Part shown: positions 1-10,116 of the stretch, piece by piece | How positions within the stretch are numbered: position 1 is the stretch's first letter | Layout: each line of letters begins with the position of its first letter | Source: Ginkgo biloba | Taxonomy: Eukaryota > Plantae > Ginkgophyta | Reading direction: 5' to 3' | DNA length: 21,336 bases | Assembly (NCBI GenBank): GCA_024626585.2 | Contig: JANKJI020000002.1 | Span: 37,679,815 to 37,701,150, forward strand | Position numbers and translations under genes: made by a program | The notes under the pieces: model-generated | The model's input: the letters and a program-made list of their open reading frames with translations, nothing else | What the model was told of the DNA's origin: nothing | Database searches by the model: none

Positions 1-97
1 AATGTATATTATTTATATTAACCAATGGCATAGACAACTTACATTAACTTCTGTAGGCAATTTATATTACAATAGCCTAAAAGTAATTCTATAGCAT

Positions 98-974
98 TGT
101 TGTCAAAATGGGGGTCCCAGGGTTGCAACCCACGATCGCAACAAGTGTTGTAGTCTAGTTGTTGGAAGTCATCATACCTTAATTGTAAAAGAACATCAAA
201 ATAACAATATCATTCATAAATTAGGGCATGCATCATGTAACTCAGAATATGGGATACAAAACATCATTTATTCCTTCAAGAATATTAATGCATAGCATTA
301 AATGCTAGGGCATAGCCTCCATACTAAATCCTAACACCTAATCTTAGCTCTCACAGTGAACATTATTTATTACACTTGGCTCTCATGCTTGAAGGAGGGT
401 TTCTCTCTCCTATTTATAGTTTTTCCTTGTCTATACAATAATGATATGACATGACTTTTCCCTAAATGCGTCACAACCCTAAGATTCTCTCTCATTTAAT
501 GCATCTCTTTTAAGCATGAATTGCGGTTCCATTAAGGTAGATTTAATGTGTTATCCTTATTTTGTCCTTAAATACAGATTTATAGGTAGTAAATGCGGCT
601 AACCTAACCCTAAGGCATCTTTGACCAAGTTTGAGTGCATCATAATGCTCGTTCATTAATGTTGACATCATAATTGTACCTTAAATTGGCTCAACTTGCA
701 TTGATTGCATCATATATGCATTTCATTTAAGTCAGATGACATGCATCATTAATGATTTGTATACTTCATTAAGTCTGTTGATTACAGCATCATTAATGCT
801 CTATACTATGCTTATTAATACCACTAAATTAGGCATAATTAATGCATCTTAAATCAAGTTGGCTCTGACTAATTTGATTGAGTTTAACCAATGATTTTTT
901 AGCATTAATTACACATTATTTTTTGCAACTTTGACTAGGTTTGACTAACAACTTTCTTAACATTGAACGCTACA
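98..974 (-). mobile_element. Probable solo or isolated LTR, Ty3/gypsy Tat/Ogre-like (about 877 bp)
   Basis: On the minus strand it begins TGTAGCG (974) and ends TTTTGACAACA (98), giving TGT...ACA termini. A TATA box CTATAAATAGG (409-419) is followed by a GA-rich tract, and there are many ATTAATG motifs. No exact target-site duplication (left ATAGCAT, right ATAGTTT). Confidence 0.6.
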
Positions 975-1373
975 ATAGTTTGCACCTTTGATGTGATAGT
1001 CCTGCCTTAGACCCTTTCTAGGGTACTTACCCTAGTGTTCTAGCCTTTCCAAAGGTTGTAGGAGTCTTCCCTAGCAAAAACCTCACTTTCTAAAACTCCT
1101 CAATTACAATGACCTTCTTCCAAGTGTGACATAGTGCAAATGCAAAACTATACGCAGTACAGGTACATGATTTAGCTAGGTAGCTTCCAAAATAATTTGG
1201 CCTTCTTTTGCAGCTTCATTCAACCCCCAAACAACTCCAATAGATGTAATAAATGTCCTAGCAAGGGCGCCTTNNNNNNNNNNNNNNNNNNNNNNNNNNN
1301 NNNNNNNNNNNNNNNNNNNNNNNNNNNNNNNNNNNNNNNNNNNNNNNNNNNNNNNNNNNNNNNNNNNNNNNNN

Positions 1374-2640
1374 TCGTGGTTGCCCTTGCGCGAATATCTG
1401 GTTGTTTCCCCTGCAGTTCGCTAACGGGCTTTGCCAGATTGGCCAGGTCCAAATCTACTGCAAACAGTATTCTTTGGTTGGAAGCCACTAATTAACTCTC
1501 TAATTGCCAAACCAGGGTGTTGATATTCTCCCTTTTGTCTTGTGCTCTGTCTTTGTCGTGCTTCTTAGTAGAATTGGTTCCACTTGTTGTGATTCCCCTC
1601 ACTGATCCCCAATCTTCAAGACTCAGTCTTGTAATGAAGTCCTTGACATTACTCGTTGAAACAATTTCTTGGGGCTCACCTTGCCATAGTAAAATTTCTT
1701 GGACAGCATGGTCCTGAGTGCCTTGGATGACATAATCTCGTTGTTGTCTTTCCACCTCTTGTTGTTTTGCAATATGTGCTGATCTTTGAGAGGAACTGGA
1801 AACTCCTTCTCTTGTCGTCACTGTGATTTTATTGATGATCTGCCTCCAAAAGTGTCACTAAGATCTCCAGGCAGAGGACAACAATTTTGTCAAAGTGAAT
1901 GAAAATCATATGGTGTTGTTGTAGAAAATTCCAGTGTCTTCCGAAGACTTCCACATCCTCTTGTCAAATCCGAATTCGTTGCAACAAGTTAGGTAATGTG
2001 TCAAATGGTTGTAGTGTTTGGTGACTAGTCTAGATTACTTGGGGATTTGCTCCTCACTGTGTTGGGCTACCATTTGAGCCATATTCATTGATGTTCAAAT
2101 TCATGCATTTTCTTAACCAATAATGTTTGGCGCATTCCAAGAATCCTTCCTCTTCTTCGGTGTAAAAATAGACTCCAGTGGCACATTTTGATGATTATTT
2201 CCAGCTTCAACAAATATCCTCCATAAGCTGTACCCTCATGGACGAATCTTAGCTTCATCAACACGTTGTATATGATGCCTTTGGTGAATAGGAATTGGAA
2301 TCCCCATGATGCGTCATCAACCGTGACTCCCAAATTCATGTTCTTTTCTTAATCCCCTTCATTTTTATGTGGTTCCATTTCATACTCCTTTGTAAACTCT
2401 GTGAAAAATGGTTATCTTGGCATTGATGAATGAACTCCCAATATATCTCACATGTCAAGGTTAACTTGTCTAGATATTCTTTATTACTGAATAACACATT
2501 TAAAGTTGTTTGCATGAGTATACAAGGGAGACTTCTTTTGTACATAAAGATGTTGCTCAAAATTTATTTTCTAATGTAAGTATATTGAGCTCTTATGGTA
2601 ATCATTCCAAGTTTCTTATATTTGCTCAAATTCTCTTACT
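1374..2640 (-). pseudogene. Degraded ORF, probably a retrotransposon accessory ORF of unknown function
   Basis: Successive minus-strand ORF pieces (2336-2560, 2085-2339, 1492-1821, 1258-1488); the last two are in one frame separated by a single stop. Charged, Q/E-rich sequence, no splice structure and no recognised domain. Confidence 0.3.
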
Positions 2641-4798
2641 CCATAGTATAATAAGGTGTAGCATTTAATCATTTTCTCTCATCTCCAAGCCCCATATAAT
2701 TAAGAAACCTTTCCACAATTAATTATAGGGGTTGAATTTCCCAAGATCCCTGTAGTGTGGATTACATGGGATGCTAAGCATCATAAAAATAGCTTATTGT
2801 CATCTCTCGTCTCTAACGGTTTCAAGGTTTCTTTCTTAAGACCACTTGGCTCTACAACTTCTTGGGTCTCCCATTTGACTAAGATCTAGATAGTTAAGGC
2901 TAAAAGGATGAAAAGTTTTGTGAGGGCCAAGGGTCACATGAATGACAAACATAACTTAGAGCTAAATGGAGGAGGATTGAGACAATAAATCAAATCCATG
3001 ATTGGAGCTTTATTGGTGTATTAAATATTGTTTTCACAAATAATGTCTCCTATTGTGCACAAACAATCCATGTGAATCAAAAGAAGTATGGTCATCAACT
3101 ATGTTTTATCGAGACGCCTTGTAAACTACAATACCTAGATTAAGGTTACTAAATACTTGGATGTCTTGGTAAATCAATCGAAAATCGAGACTTGACAATT
3201 CTACTAATAAGAGGATCAAGAGTGCAGTCAAAGTACTGGTTGGAGAACTATACAAAACGTTGGCAAGTCCATTTGTAGATTGGACATTTTTGAGAGGTTA
3301 ATATCAATGGGATGAATGTGAGTAGCAAATAATTATTCAAACATTAAACTAGATCAAATGAGAGTGTATGAAGTCAAGCACACGAGGTAATTGCAAGGAA
3401 AAATGATTATTCCAACACTAAGTTGATTGGTGTAGCTAATGTAATGAAATATGCTATTGGAGAATAATCCTCTTGCAGAGAAGTTGAATGACAAAATATG
3501 ACTTGGTTGCAAAAGAAAATCACAATTTACTCTAATAAGGATACTATTGTATGGAAAGTTGGAAGTAATAGTGTAGGAATAGATGACAAAAATTTGAAAA
3601 TGGTGTAGCAGAAGTGAAGAACTAAATCTATAAGGGTCAAAGCAAATGATGAANNNNNNNNNNNNNNNNNNNNNNNNNNNNNNNNNNNNNNNNNNNNNNN
3701 NNNNNNNNNNNNNNNNNNNNNNNNNNNNNNNNNNNNNNNNNNNNNNNNNNNNNTTATGGAATGTTTATGTTAATTGCTATAGAAAGTTTATAGGCTTAAG
3801 GTAGGGCTGTAACAATAGACACATCTCATCATCTTGCGTCAACTCCTCATTATGTATAAACAAACATGGGGGTGAAAAGAGTTCATACTCCATTTGCGAA
3901 TGGAGAAGTCCACTATCCGAATAGGCATGATTTTTTGAACAAGGATTCGATATCAAAACTCCTTCTCCTAAGGGTTCCAATATCCCATCCTCACTTTCAT
4001 TATCCAATATGTCTAGATCTAAATCCACATTAGAATCTAAACTTGACGAGGCAGGCTCCTGACTAGTTGTATTTTGTATTATATCAATACAAAACTACTT
4101 CTTGCCTTTTCTTTTGGCCAAAGTATTCTATCGCCAATGTTGTATGACATGAGCATCTCATAGCTAGGGACACTCGAGGAATGTAGTACATGCGATAACC
4201 CTTGAAGTCATTGGTATGACCAGAAAATCAATTGAAATGTCTGGTCAACTTTCTGAACTTCTTGGACCATTAACAAACCTCTTGAATTTAGTTTGCTTTC
4301 ATTTGCCATTCGCAACTAGAACCTTGGTGGTTAGGAGGCAAGTTTGCCCAATTGTTGCCAAAAGTCTTTTCATATAATATTTATGCCAAATCCTCCAGCA
4401 ATAATAGTGTGGTGCAACAACTTCTCCTATATAACAATAATGATGGCAGTGGCTTGGTCATGATTGACTTTTTGAAAGATCCTTGCTACACATTGCATAA
4501 GTAGACATCCTTTTCTGCAGTTTCCCTAGTTTCCATACACTCTACAATAATCGAAGCATTTGCAATTTACACAAATGCTAGAACTATTTTAGCCTCACTC
4601 TAGGCTTGTTGAACCATTGCTTAGGCTATCTAGAATATGAGCAATTGATGTTTCCAATTTAACATGCATTTCCAAATTGCAAAAGTTGTGTGCAAAGTTG
4701 GGGAATCAAATCATCCCATGTGTAGAAATGTTAGTCCTTTCCTTCTTTAATGATCATCGATCCTTTTCCTCATCGATGGATGTCAGATTGTCCCCTAC

Positions 4799-4923
4799 TG
4801 ATGCTTGTCAATCTTCAACTCTTTTGACGATGTTGGTCCATCTCTTCACCGATGTCATCGATTTGTCTCCTATCAACACAGGTCGACCCACCAAAGTAGT
4901 GCACACTAGATGCTCATGCATCA
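4799..4923 (-). mobile_element. Start of the 3' LTR of the chromovirus element (end uncertain)
   Basis: TGATGCA begins 1 nt after the PPT, at 4923. A matching GCATCA terminus occurs at 4804-4799. Confidence 0.5.
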
Positions 4924-4924
4924 A

Positions 4925-5156
4925 TCTCCCTGACTTAAAAAAAGGTGCAGGTCCTCCTACATACATCCTTCTTCAAACTAATCCCACATATTCTTATCAA
5001 GTGTCTTCAGTTCCTCCTAAGAAATCCATGTGCTATCTTCATAAGGTAAATCCATCCACTTCACTAGGTACTTCCTATACCTTCTTCCCCTTGTCGCCAC
5101 TACTTTTCTATCTAGCACTTCTTCCACTTATTCCTTCTTCCTAGGAAGCTTCTTCT
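4925..5156 (-). mobile_element. Chromovirus (Ty3/gypsy) integrase C-terminal chromodomain relic plus polypurine tract
   Basis: Translation KKLPRKKE*VEEVLDRKVVATRGRRYRKYLVKWMDLPYEDSTWIS*EELKTLD carries the YLVKW...EDSTW chromodomain motif with in-frame stops. It is followed by a PPT-like CAGGGAGA (4932-4925). Confidence 0.9.
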
Positions 5157-5780
5157 NNNNNNNNNNNNNNNNNNNNNNNNNNNNNNNNNNNNNNNNNNNN
5201 NNNNNNNNNNNNNNNNNNNNNNNNNNNNNNNNNNNNNNNNNNNNNNNNNNNNNNNNATTCCGCTGTGTTTATGAGTTCTAAGTTTATGAAATCAGATTTA
5301 TGGTTTATAGTCTCTCATGCTCATGCCAAAATAAGAAAATTAACATGGTATTGGAGAATTTTGATTTTCTAACATTTCCTTCCTTTATTTGATGTTGCTC
5401 ATAGCTTTGTCTGCTATGGTCCAACAATTCTTTGTTTTGTGTTCTTGGGACACAACCATAATCTTCTCTGTTAAAAGACTTCGCCAAATAGGGGTCTTGT
5501 TGTGATATCTCCTTCAATATTAACTCCCCTTATCAAGTCTCCTTAGCCGAGATTACACTACCTATACTATCCTTTGATTTCGATAATGCATCATCCAAAT
5601 TCAAGTGTGCAAGGCTTTGTTCAACATCTTCCACAAAAGCTTGAGCACATTCCTCATCATGTTGTACGTGCAATTTAAAATTGGAAGCTCCTTACTTTTG
5701 AGAAGCAATACAAGAAGAATGTCAGAGTTGTTGCTTGCCTTCTAAAATAGGCAAATGGGGCATCAACCCCGAAGGGACGA

Positions 5781-5805
5781 TGTAGACTACAAGTAGCCCC
5801 CCACA
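5781..5805 (-). mobile_element. Tat/Ogre-like polypurine tract and LTR start
   Basis: Minus strand reads GTGGGGGGCTAC-T-TGTAG, matching the typical Tat/Ogre PPT-LTR junction (GTGGGGGCTA..TGTAG). Confidence 0.5.
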
Positions 5806-6419
5806 TGAAATTACTTGTGTTAGGAAAGAAACTGGCAAATCATAGATGGAACAACAACAAAAAAATGCACATCATCTCTGACATGAAAATGTTCCTCCAG
5901 AAGATTAACCATGATGTGTGTATCCATTANNNNNNNNNNNNNNNNNNNNNNNNNNNNNNNNNNNNNNNNNNNNNNNNNNNNNNNNNNNNNNNNNNNNNTT
6001 TTGTAGTGGGGTAGGAGGGGTAATCCCATGTTCCATTTGCATTCCCAAATGAAAATTCCTCTTGAATTCCAACTCCCGATCCTAAATGCCATCATTATGG
6101 TGGATTGGACAAAGCCATGCTATTTTAGACCGGCAACAATGCTAGATGTTAGTCCAATAATTGATTAATCTGAGTTGTAGATCTAGGCTAGCATTAGGAA
6201 AAAATATAAAGGGAGAANNNNNNNNNNNNNNNNNNNNNNNNNNNNNNNNNNNNNNNNNNNNNNNNNNNNNNNNNNNNNNNNNNNCACCTTAGTGTGTTGC
6301 CAAGGCCAATTCACAATCGTCAAAATGAAGGAGTCTTTATATCGAAAAGAAGGCACCACCTTCTAACTGTCATGTTTGGTTATATCCATTGGCAAATACC
6401 CAATAACTAACTAACTAGA

Positions 6420-6515
6420 GCAAGTCTTGCATATGTGCAAGTCCTATACGTGTCCAAGCCTTCAGTTCGTGCAAGTCCTATGCATGTGGAAGTCCTAAGT
6501 TGTGACAAATCTTAG
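6420..6515. repeat. Degenerate 17-bp minisatellite (about 5.5 copies)
   Basis: Units gcaagtcttgcatatgt / gcaagtcctatacgtgt / ccaagccttcagttcgt / gcaagtcctatgcatgt / ggaagtcctaagttgtg at exact 17-nt spacing. Confidence 0.8.
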
Positions 6516-6761
6516 ACAATTGTACAATTACATTAAATAGCTACTATTGCTAATGGCCAAGCAATTCAATTCCTTAAACTTCCCTCATGAGTTCCAACCA
6601 TGCTAGATTGAGCAACCAAGCATTAGCTGGGTGGCTTCCAATGTATTAAAAATTGAGGATGNNNNNNNNNNNNNNNNNNNNNNNNNNNNNNNNNNNNNNN
6701 NNNNNNNNNNNNNNNNNNNNNNNNNNNNNNNNNNNNNNNNNNNNNNNNNNNNNNNNNNNNN

Positions 6762-6857
6762 AGGCTTTCTCCTAATTTCTAGAATCAATAAACTCAGCCT
6801 GATGCAATCTGGCTACGGATTAACACTTAGATTGCTTAGCGCAATCTAGGGTTAACA
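6762..6857 (+). mobile_element. Possible 3' end of an LTR abutting the PPR fragment
   Basis: Ends GGGTTAACA and contains the inverted repeat TAGATTGC...GCAATCTA (6828-6848). PPR homology stops about 15 nt away. Confidence 0.35.
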
Positions 6858-6871
6858 GGTTGCCAATCAAC

Positions 6872-7057
6872 TATTTAATGAAAGCGTGTCAAAGCCTCGA
6901 CGACACTTCCATTTTGGGCACCTTGCAATCATTGTACTCCATGAGACAATATTCCTCTCAGGCATTTTGTCATATAGTTGGCATGCAATCTCTATACTCC
7001 CACATTTCACATGTCTATGAAGGCATTCCACATAAAAAGATCTGAATCCCATCCACT
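6872..7057 (-). pseudogene. PLS-class pentatricopeptide-repeat (PPR) gene fragment
   Basis: Correcting two frameshifts gives SGWDSDLFMWNAFIDM/KCGSIEIACQLYDKMPERNIVSWSTMIAR/AQNGSVVEALTRFH*. This matches the classic S-P motif pair ([39 protein letters not shown]...EAL.LF). Confidence 0.92.
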
Positions 7058-7102
7058 GCAACACTAGTAACTGTAGCACAACAACTATATACTATTCTTT
7101 GC

Positions 7103-7194
7103 ATGGTGATGGTAATATCCTTTGCAATGTTGCTTGCATTATTGACGGTGCTAAGGATACCCTCACTATGCAGCGCCATTCATCCTGAAATTAG
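7103..7194 (+). other. Candidate orphan first exon encoding a signal-peptide-like sequence
   Basis: ATG-initiated MVMVISFAMLLALLTVLRIPSLCSAIHPEI ends at a consensus donor AG|GTGAGT (7195). Hydrophobic core and C-S-A cleavage-like site. No downstream exon found. Confidence 0.3.
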
Positions 7195-7318
7195 GTGAGT
7201 TTTTCATGGGATTCGTCTCTCGGCAACTCACTATCATTGAATCGTTGCTTGGTTCCACAAACTAGATCTAGATTGTGATCAAAGGACAAAGATAGACGTT
7301 GGAAATCGGCTAGATGAG

Positions 7319-7450
7319 CAGATTCAATCTTTGCTTGATCCAAAACTTCATTTATTAATGTTATTAATGCTTTTCCGCTTGCTTGTGCAGTTTGCGCATA
7401 ATCCTTCTGTGTAGCATCTAAATTTGTATCCATCAGCATCTGAAGCATAC
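7319..7450 (-). pseudogene. Truncated exon of a CHASE-type cytokinin receptor histidine kinase (AHK2/AHK3/AHK4 family), HisKA second half
   Basis: Acceptor ...tttctgtatttctggatggcag| is followed by (G)MLQMLMDTNLDATQKDYAQTAQASGKALITLINEVLDQAKIES, very close to AHK3 GMLHMLMDTELDVTQQDYVRTAQASGKALVSLINEVLDQAKIESG. Homology breaks where GKLELE is expected, with no donor site there. Confidence 0.93.
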
Positions 7451-8004
7451 CTGCCATCCAGAAATACAGAAACCAAGCAGCATAAGTCAACTCATTTTCA
7501 CCCATCCTTTGATGATTTTCTCCCATTGCCATATACATAGGTTATCAGAAATGAAAAATAGAGGCATCAGAACACAGAAACATGACTCTTGCAGTGTAAG
7601 GCTTTATAATGCTTGCAACTGATTGATCAGTGGAGATGCAGCAATAGGATTTTTTAAAGCAAGGCTTGAAATTGGACATGTGCTCAAAATGTGAGGCTGA
7701 AAGTGCTAATATATTTTGATTCAATGCCATCTCAAAATTATCCCAACAATTTTCAAGAAACGTAGTAATTCAAAACTAGAAGCATCTCTCTTCTACTATG
7801 AATGTGCACCATACCTTCCCCTAACCCTCAGAAGGGTTCAGTTCTACTGTTGGAGGAGAACTGATTCTGGCTGCTGCTTGGAGGGGAGGTACATTNNNNN
7901 NNNNNNNNNNNNNNNNNNNNNNNNNNNNNNNNNNNNNNNNNNNNNNNNNNNNNNNNNNNNNNNNNNNNNNNNNNNNNNNNNNNNNNNNNNNNNNNCTTTT
8001 GATC

Positions 8005-8056
8005 ATGTGATGACTAATGTGTGACTTAATGTGATGACTAATGTGTGAATGTGTGA
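8005..8056. repeat. 24-bp period tandem duplication
   Basis: atgtgatgactaatgtgtga occurs at 8005-8024 and 8029-8048, plus a partial atgtgtga. Confidence 0.8.
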
Positions 8057-9626
8057 TCACTAACAACATTATCTTTTCTAACACCATGGATGTAAAAATC
8101 TTTTCATTTGAATCAATCTGCAAGTTTCAGATTTTGAGGGGCTTACCATTTTATTGGATAGCAATTAGGGATATCACTCTGAGGTGTATCAAAATCCTTA
8201 GTCAAAACAAATCTTTCCAAATTGACAAGTAATGAAAACATTTGAAGTAGTGGGAGTGCACCAAGGCCATGTATAGAGACTCCTTGAAATTCAAAGAAAT
8301 TTGAGAAGCCTGTTGAGCATGGAGCAATTGTAAAGCAAAATTGGATTCAATTACTATTTGGACTATTGACCAAGCTATGGATTTTGCTTTTTGGAAGCTA
8401 GATGGTGTCAACTCTGGAGAATCCAAGGGCAGAACTCTTAGAAACATTCCGGTTGGAATGTTTGAAGAGGAAGAAGATTCTGATGTCAGCAGTGCTCAGT
8501 AAGTCTACTTTTGTGTGGCTTCTCAATGAATGTTCCTGATCACTAGACAAAGTACTTCAGATCTAGTTATTTATGTACATAATTGGAAGGATTCCAGAAT
8601 AATGACAGATTATCAGTACTATTCCCCTCACTGTCTATTTGCATAAGAGTGTGCTTGTGCTCTCTATAGACACTTTGAGATCCCTCCAGTAATTAGGTTA
8701 TGTTTTTTTCATATCTTAAACACTCCATTCAAAAATGCAAAATTGCAAATGTGGAACAACTTTGAAGGAGAGGAAGTAGCCAATTGCTTGGTAATGAGCT
8801 TCCCAATTGGAAATCAGATAATTCTACCCACTTTGGCTTATCTTTACTTTCAAGAATTGCATTCTTCTTTTGTTGCTGTAGAACTCTCGCCATTAATGAT
8901 GCATGTTTTCCTCACGTAATTCCTATTCCCTTTTTCTGTAAGATCCATTGAATTGCCATGTGCTTGCTAGGTAAGTTACCTAAACAATGCTCTATTGCAT
9001 TTCTGAACTTCCAAAAATGCAGAAATGGCAATTTTAAACAACAAAAATGTTTTGAATGTGCCCTTTTATTGGTTGCTTCTCAAAGTTATCTACATGGGAT
9101 TTTTCTGTGTCCCCAGGCCATTATTTCCATTTCTTATCATACCAAGGCTGCTGCAAGCAGTTTGGGACTTTTGTTTCGTGTTTTATGGTAGCGATCATTG
9201 TTTGAGGCCATTTCTTGTATTTATTACAATTCTATTTTGGCATTGCAAATTTGCATGCTGAAAAGTTCTGTCCCAAAACTTCCCTTTGGTGTTTATGTGC
9301 ACCAAAACTCCCAGCAATTTCTACCCGTATTCCATTTTGTTCAACTCAGTATGCTAGTTTTCTTCCAAAGCCGAGTTCCAAATTTTGACTCTTTAATAAA
9401 TATGTTTTAGTATATGTGGTAAGCTTTTAAGCTTGCAGATGCAACTAAGACGATTACAAATAAATTGAAAATTAATATTGTATCCATAGAAAGCATGAAA
9501 GAACTATAATTTTCAAAACAAAACAAAACATATCTCTAATATAACAGTGGTGCAATAGAAGTGTCATTACTAGAGAGATCAAATTGGCCTGTAGGAGCCA
9601 CATCCAACTTATTGAAATAAACTTAC

Positions 9627-9688
9627 AGGAATAGATATTGCTGGGAGACCGAGCAAGTTTGGTGCAACAATAAAGCGCATAAGATACC
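9627..9688 (-). CDS. FAAH: FAAH internal exon (62 nt): (G)YLMRFIVAPNLLGLPAISIP
   Basis: cag|...|gtaagt boundaries. Matches Arabidopsis FAAH DLMRFVLAANLLGFPAISVP. Confidence 0.93.
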
Positions 9689-10116
9689 CTGGGATTTAAA
9701 AAAATAATGTGAACACTTGAACTGGCCCATTCTGAAGAAAAATACTAAAATGGACTCAATCTCAAAACCACAAAATGGCAAAACAAGGATGCAAGAAAGG
9801 ACATGCTCTATTTTGTACAAATCAATCTTGTTTCTGTGGACATTATCAATGGTGATATACAGATTAGATTGCTGGAGTTAAATCAGTGGCTTGTTTTGTT
9901 CTAGCTGAAGCATGCTGAGATTTTTAGCTGTAACATATACGCTGACACAACCTTCAAGATAAAAAGTTCAACATTATACTATATCATTGTTTACAAATGT
10001 GAAAATGCATAGCTTTCAATTATCATTAGGTGCAACACCCTATTTCAGTCATCAATTGAAGAATAGTACTTGTCGCTCTTATATTCTGCAATTTTGGGGG
10101 TAGTGGGGGGAAGGCT

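Noticed and set aside
3754-4700. Possible DNA-transposon (hAT/MULE-SWIM) relic
   Set aside because: No convincing motif found in the frames examined.
4677-5144. 155-aa plus-strand ORF
   Set aside because: Antisense shadow of the chromodomain/LTR relic; no recognisable protein features.
6420-6515. CRISPR-like array
   Set aside because: Contiguous degenerate units without unique spacers, in eukaryotic context with no cas genes.
7191-7538. 115-aa ORF as a complete histidine kinase gene
   Set aside because: Only 7319-7450 is homologous. The N-terminal part is intron read-through, and no H-box, HATPase or CHASE sequence is present.
8131-8502. Single long pseudo-ORF with all stops explained by C-to-T decay
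   Set aside because: Any stop codon can be derived that way, and five stops in about 124 codons is near random expectation.
9110-9150. Minus-strand cag|cagccttggtatgataag resembling the VGYDK exon
   Set aside because: Out of frame, followed by a stop, and lacks GLPIGLQ/GRPW.
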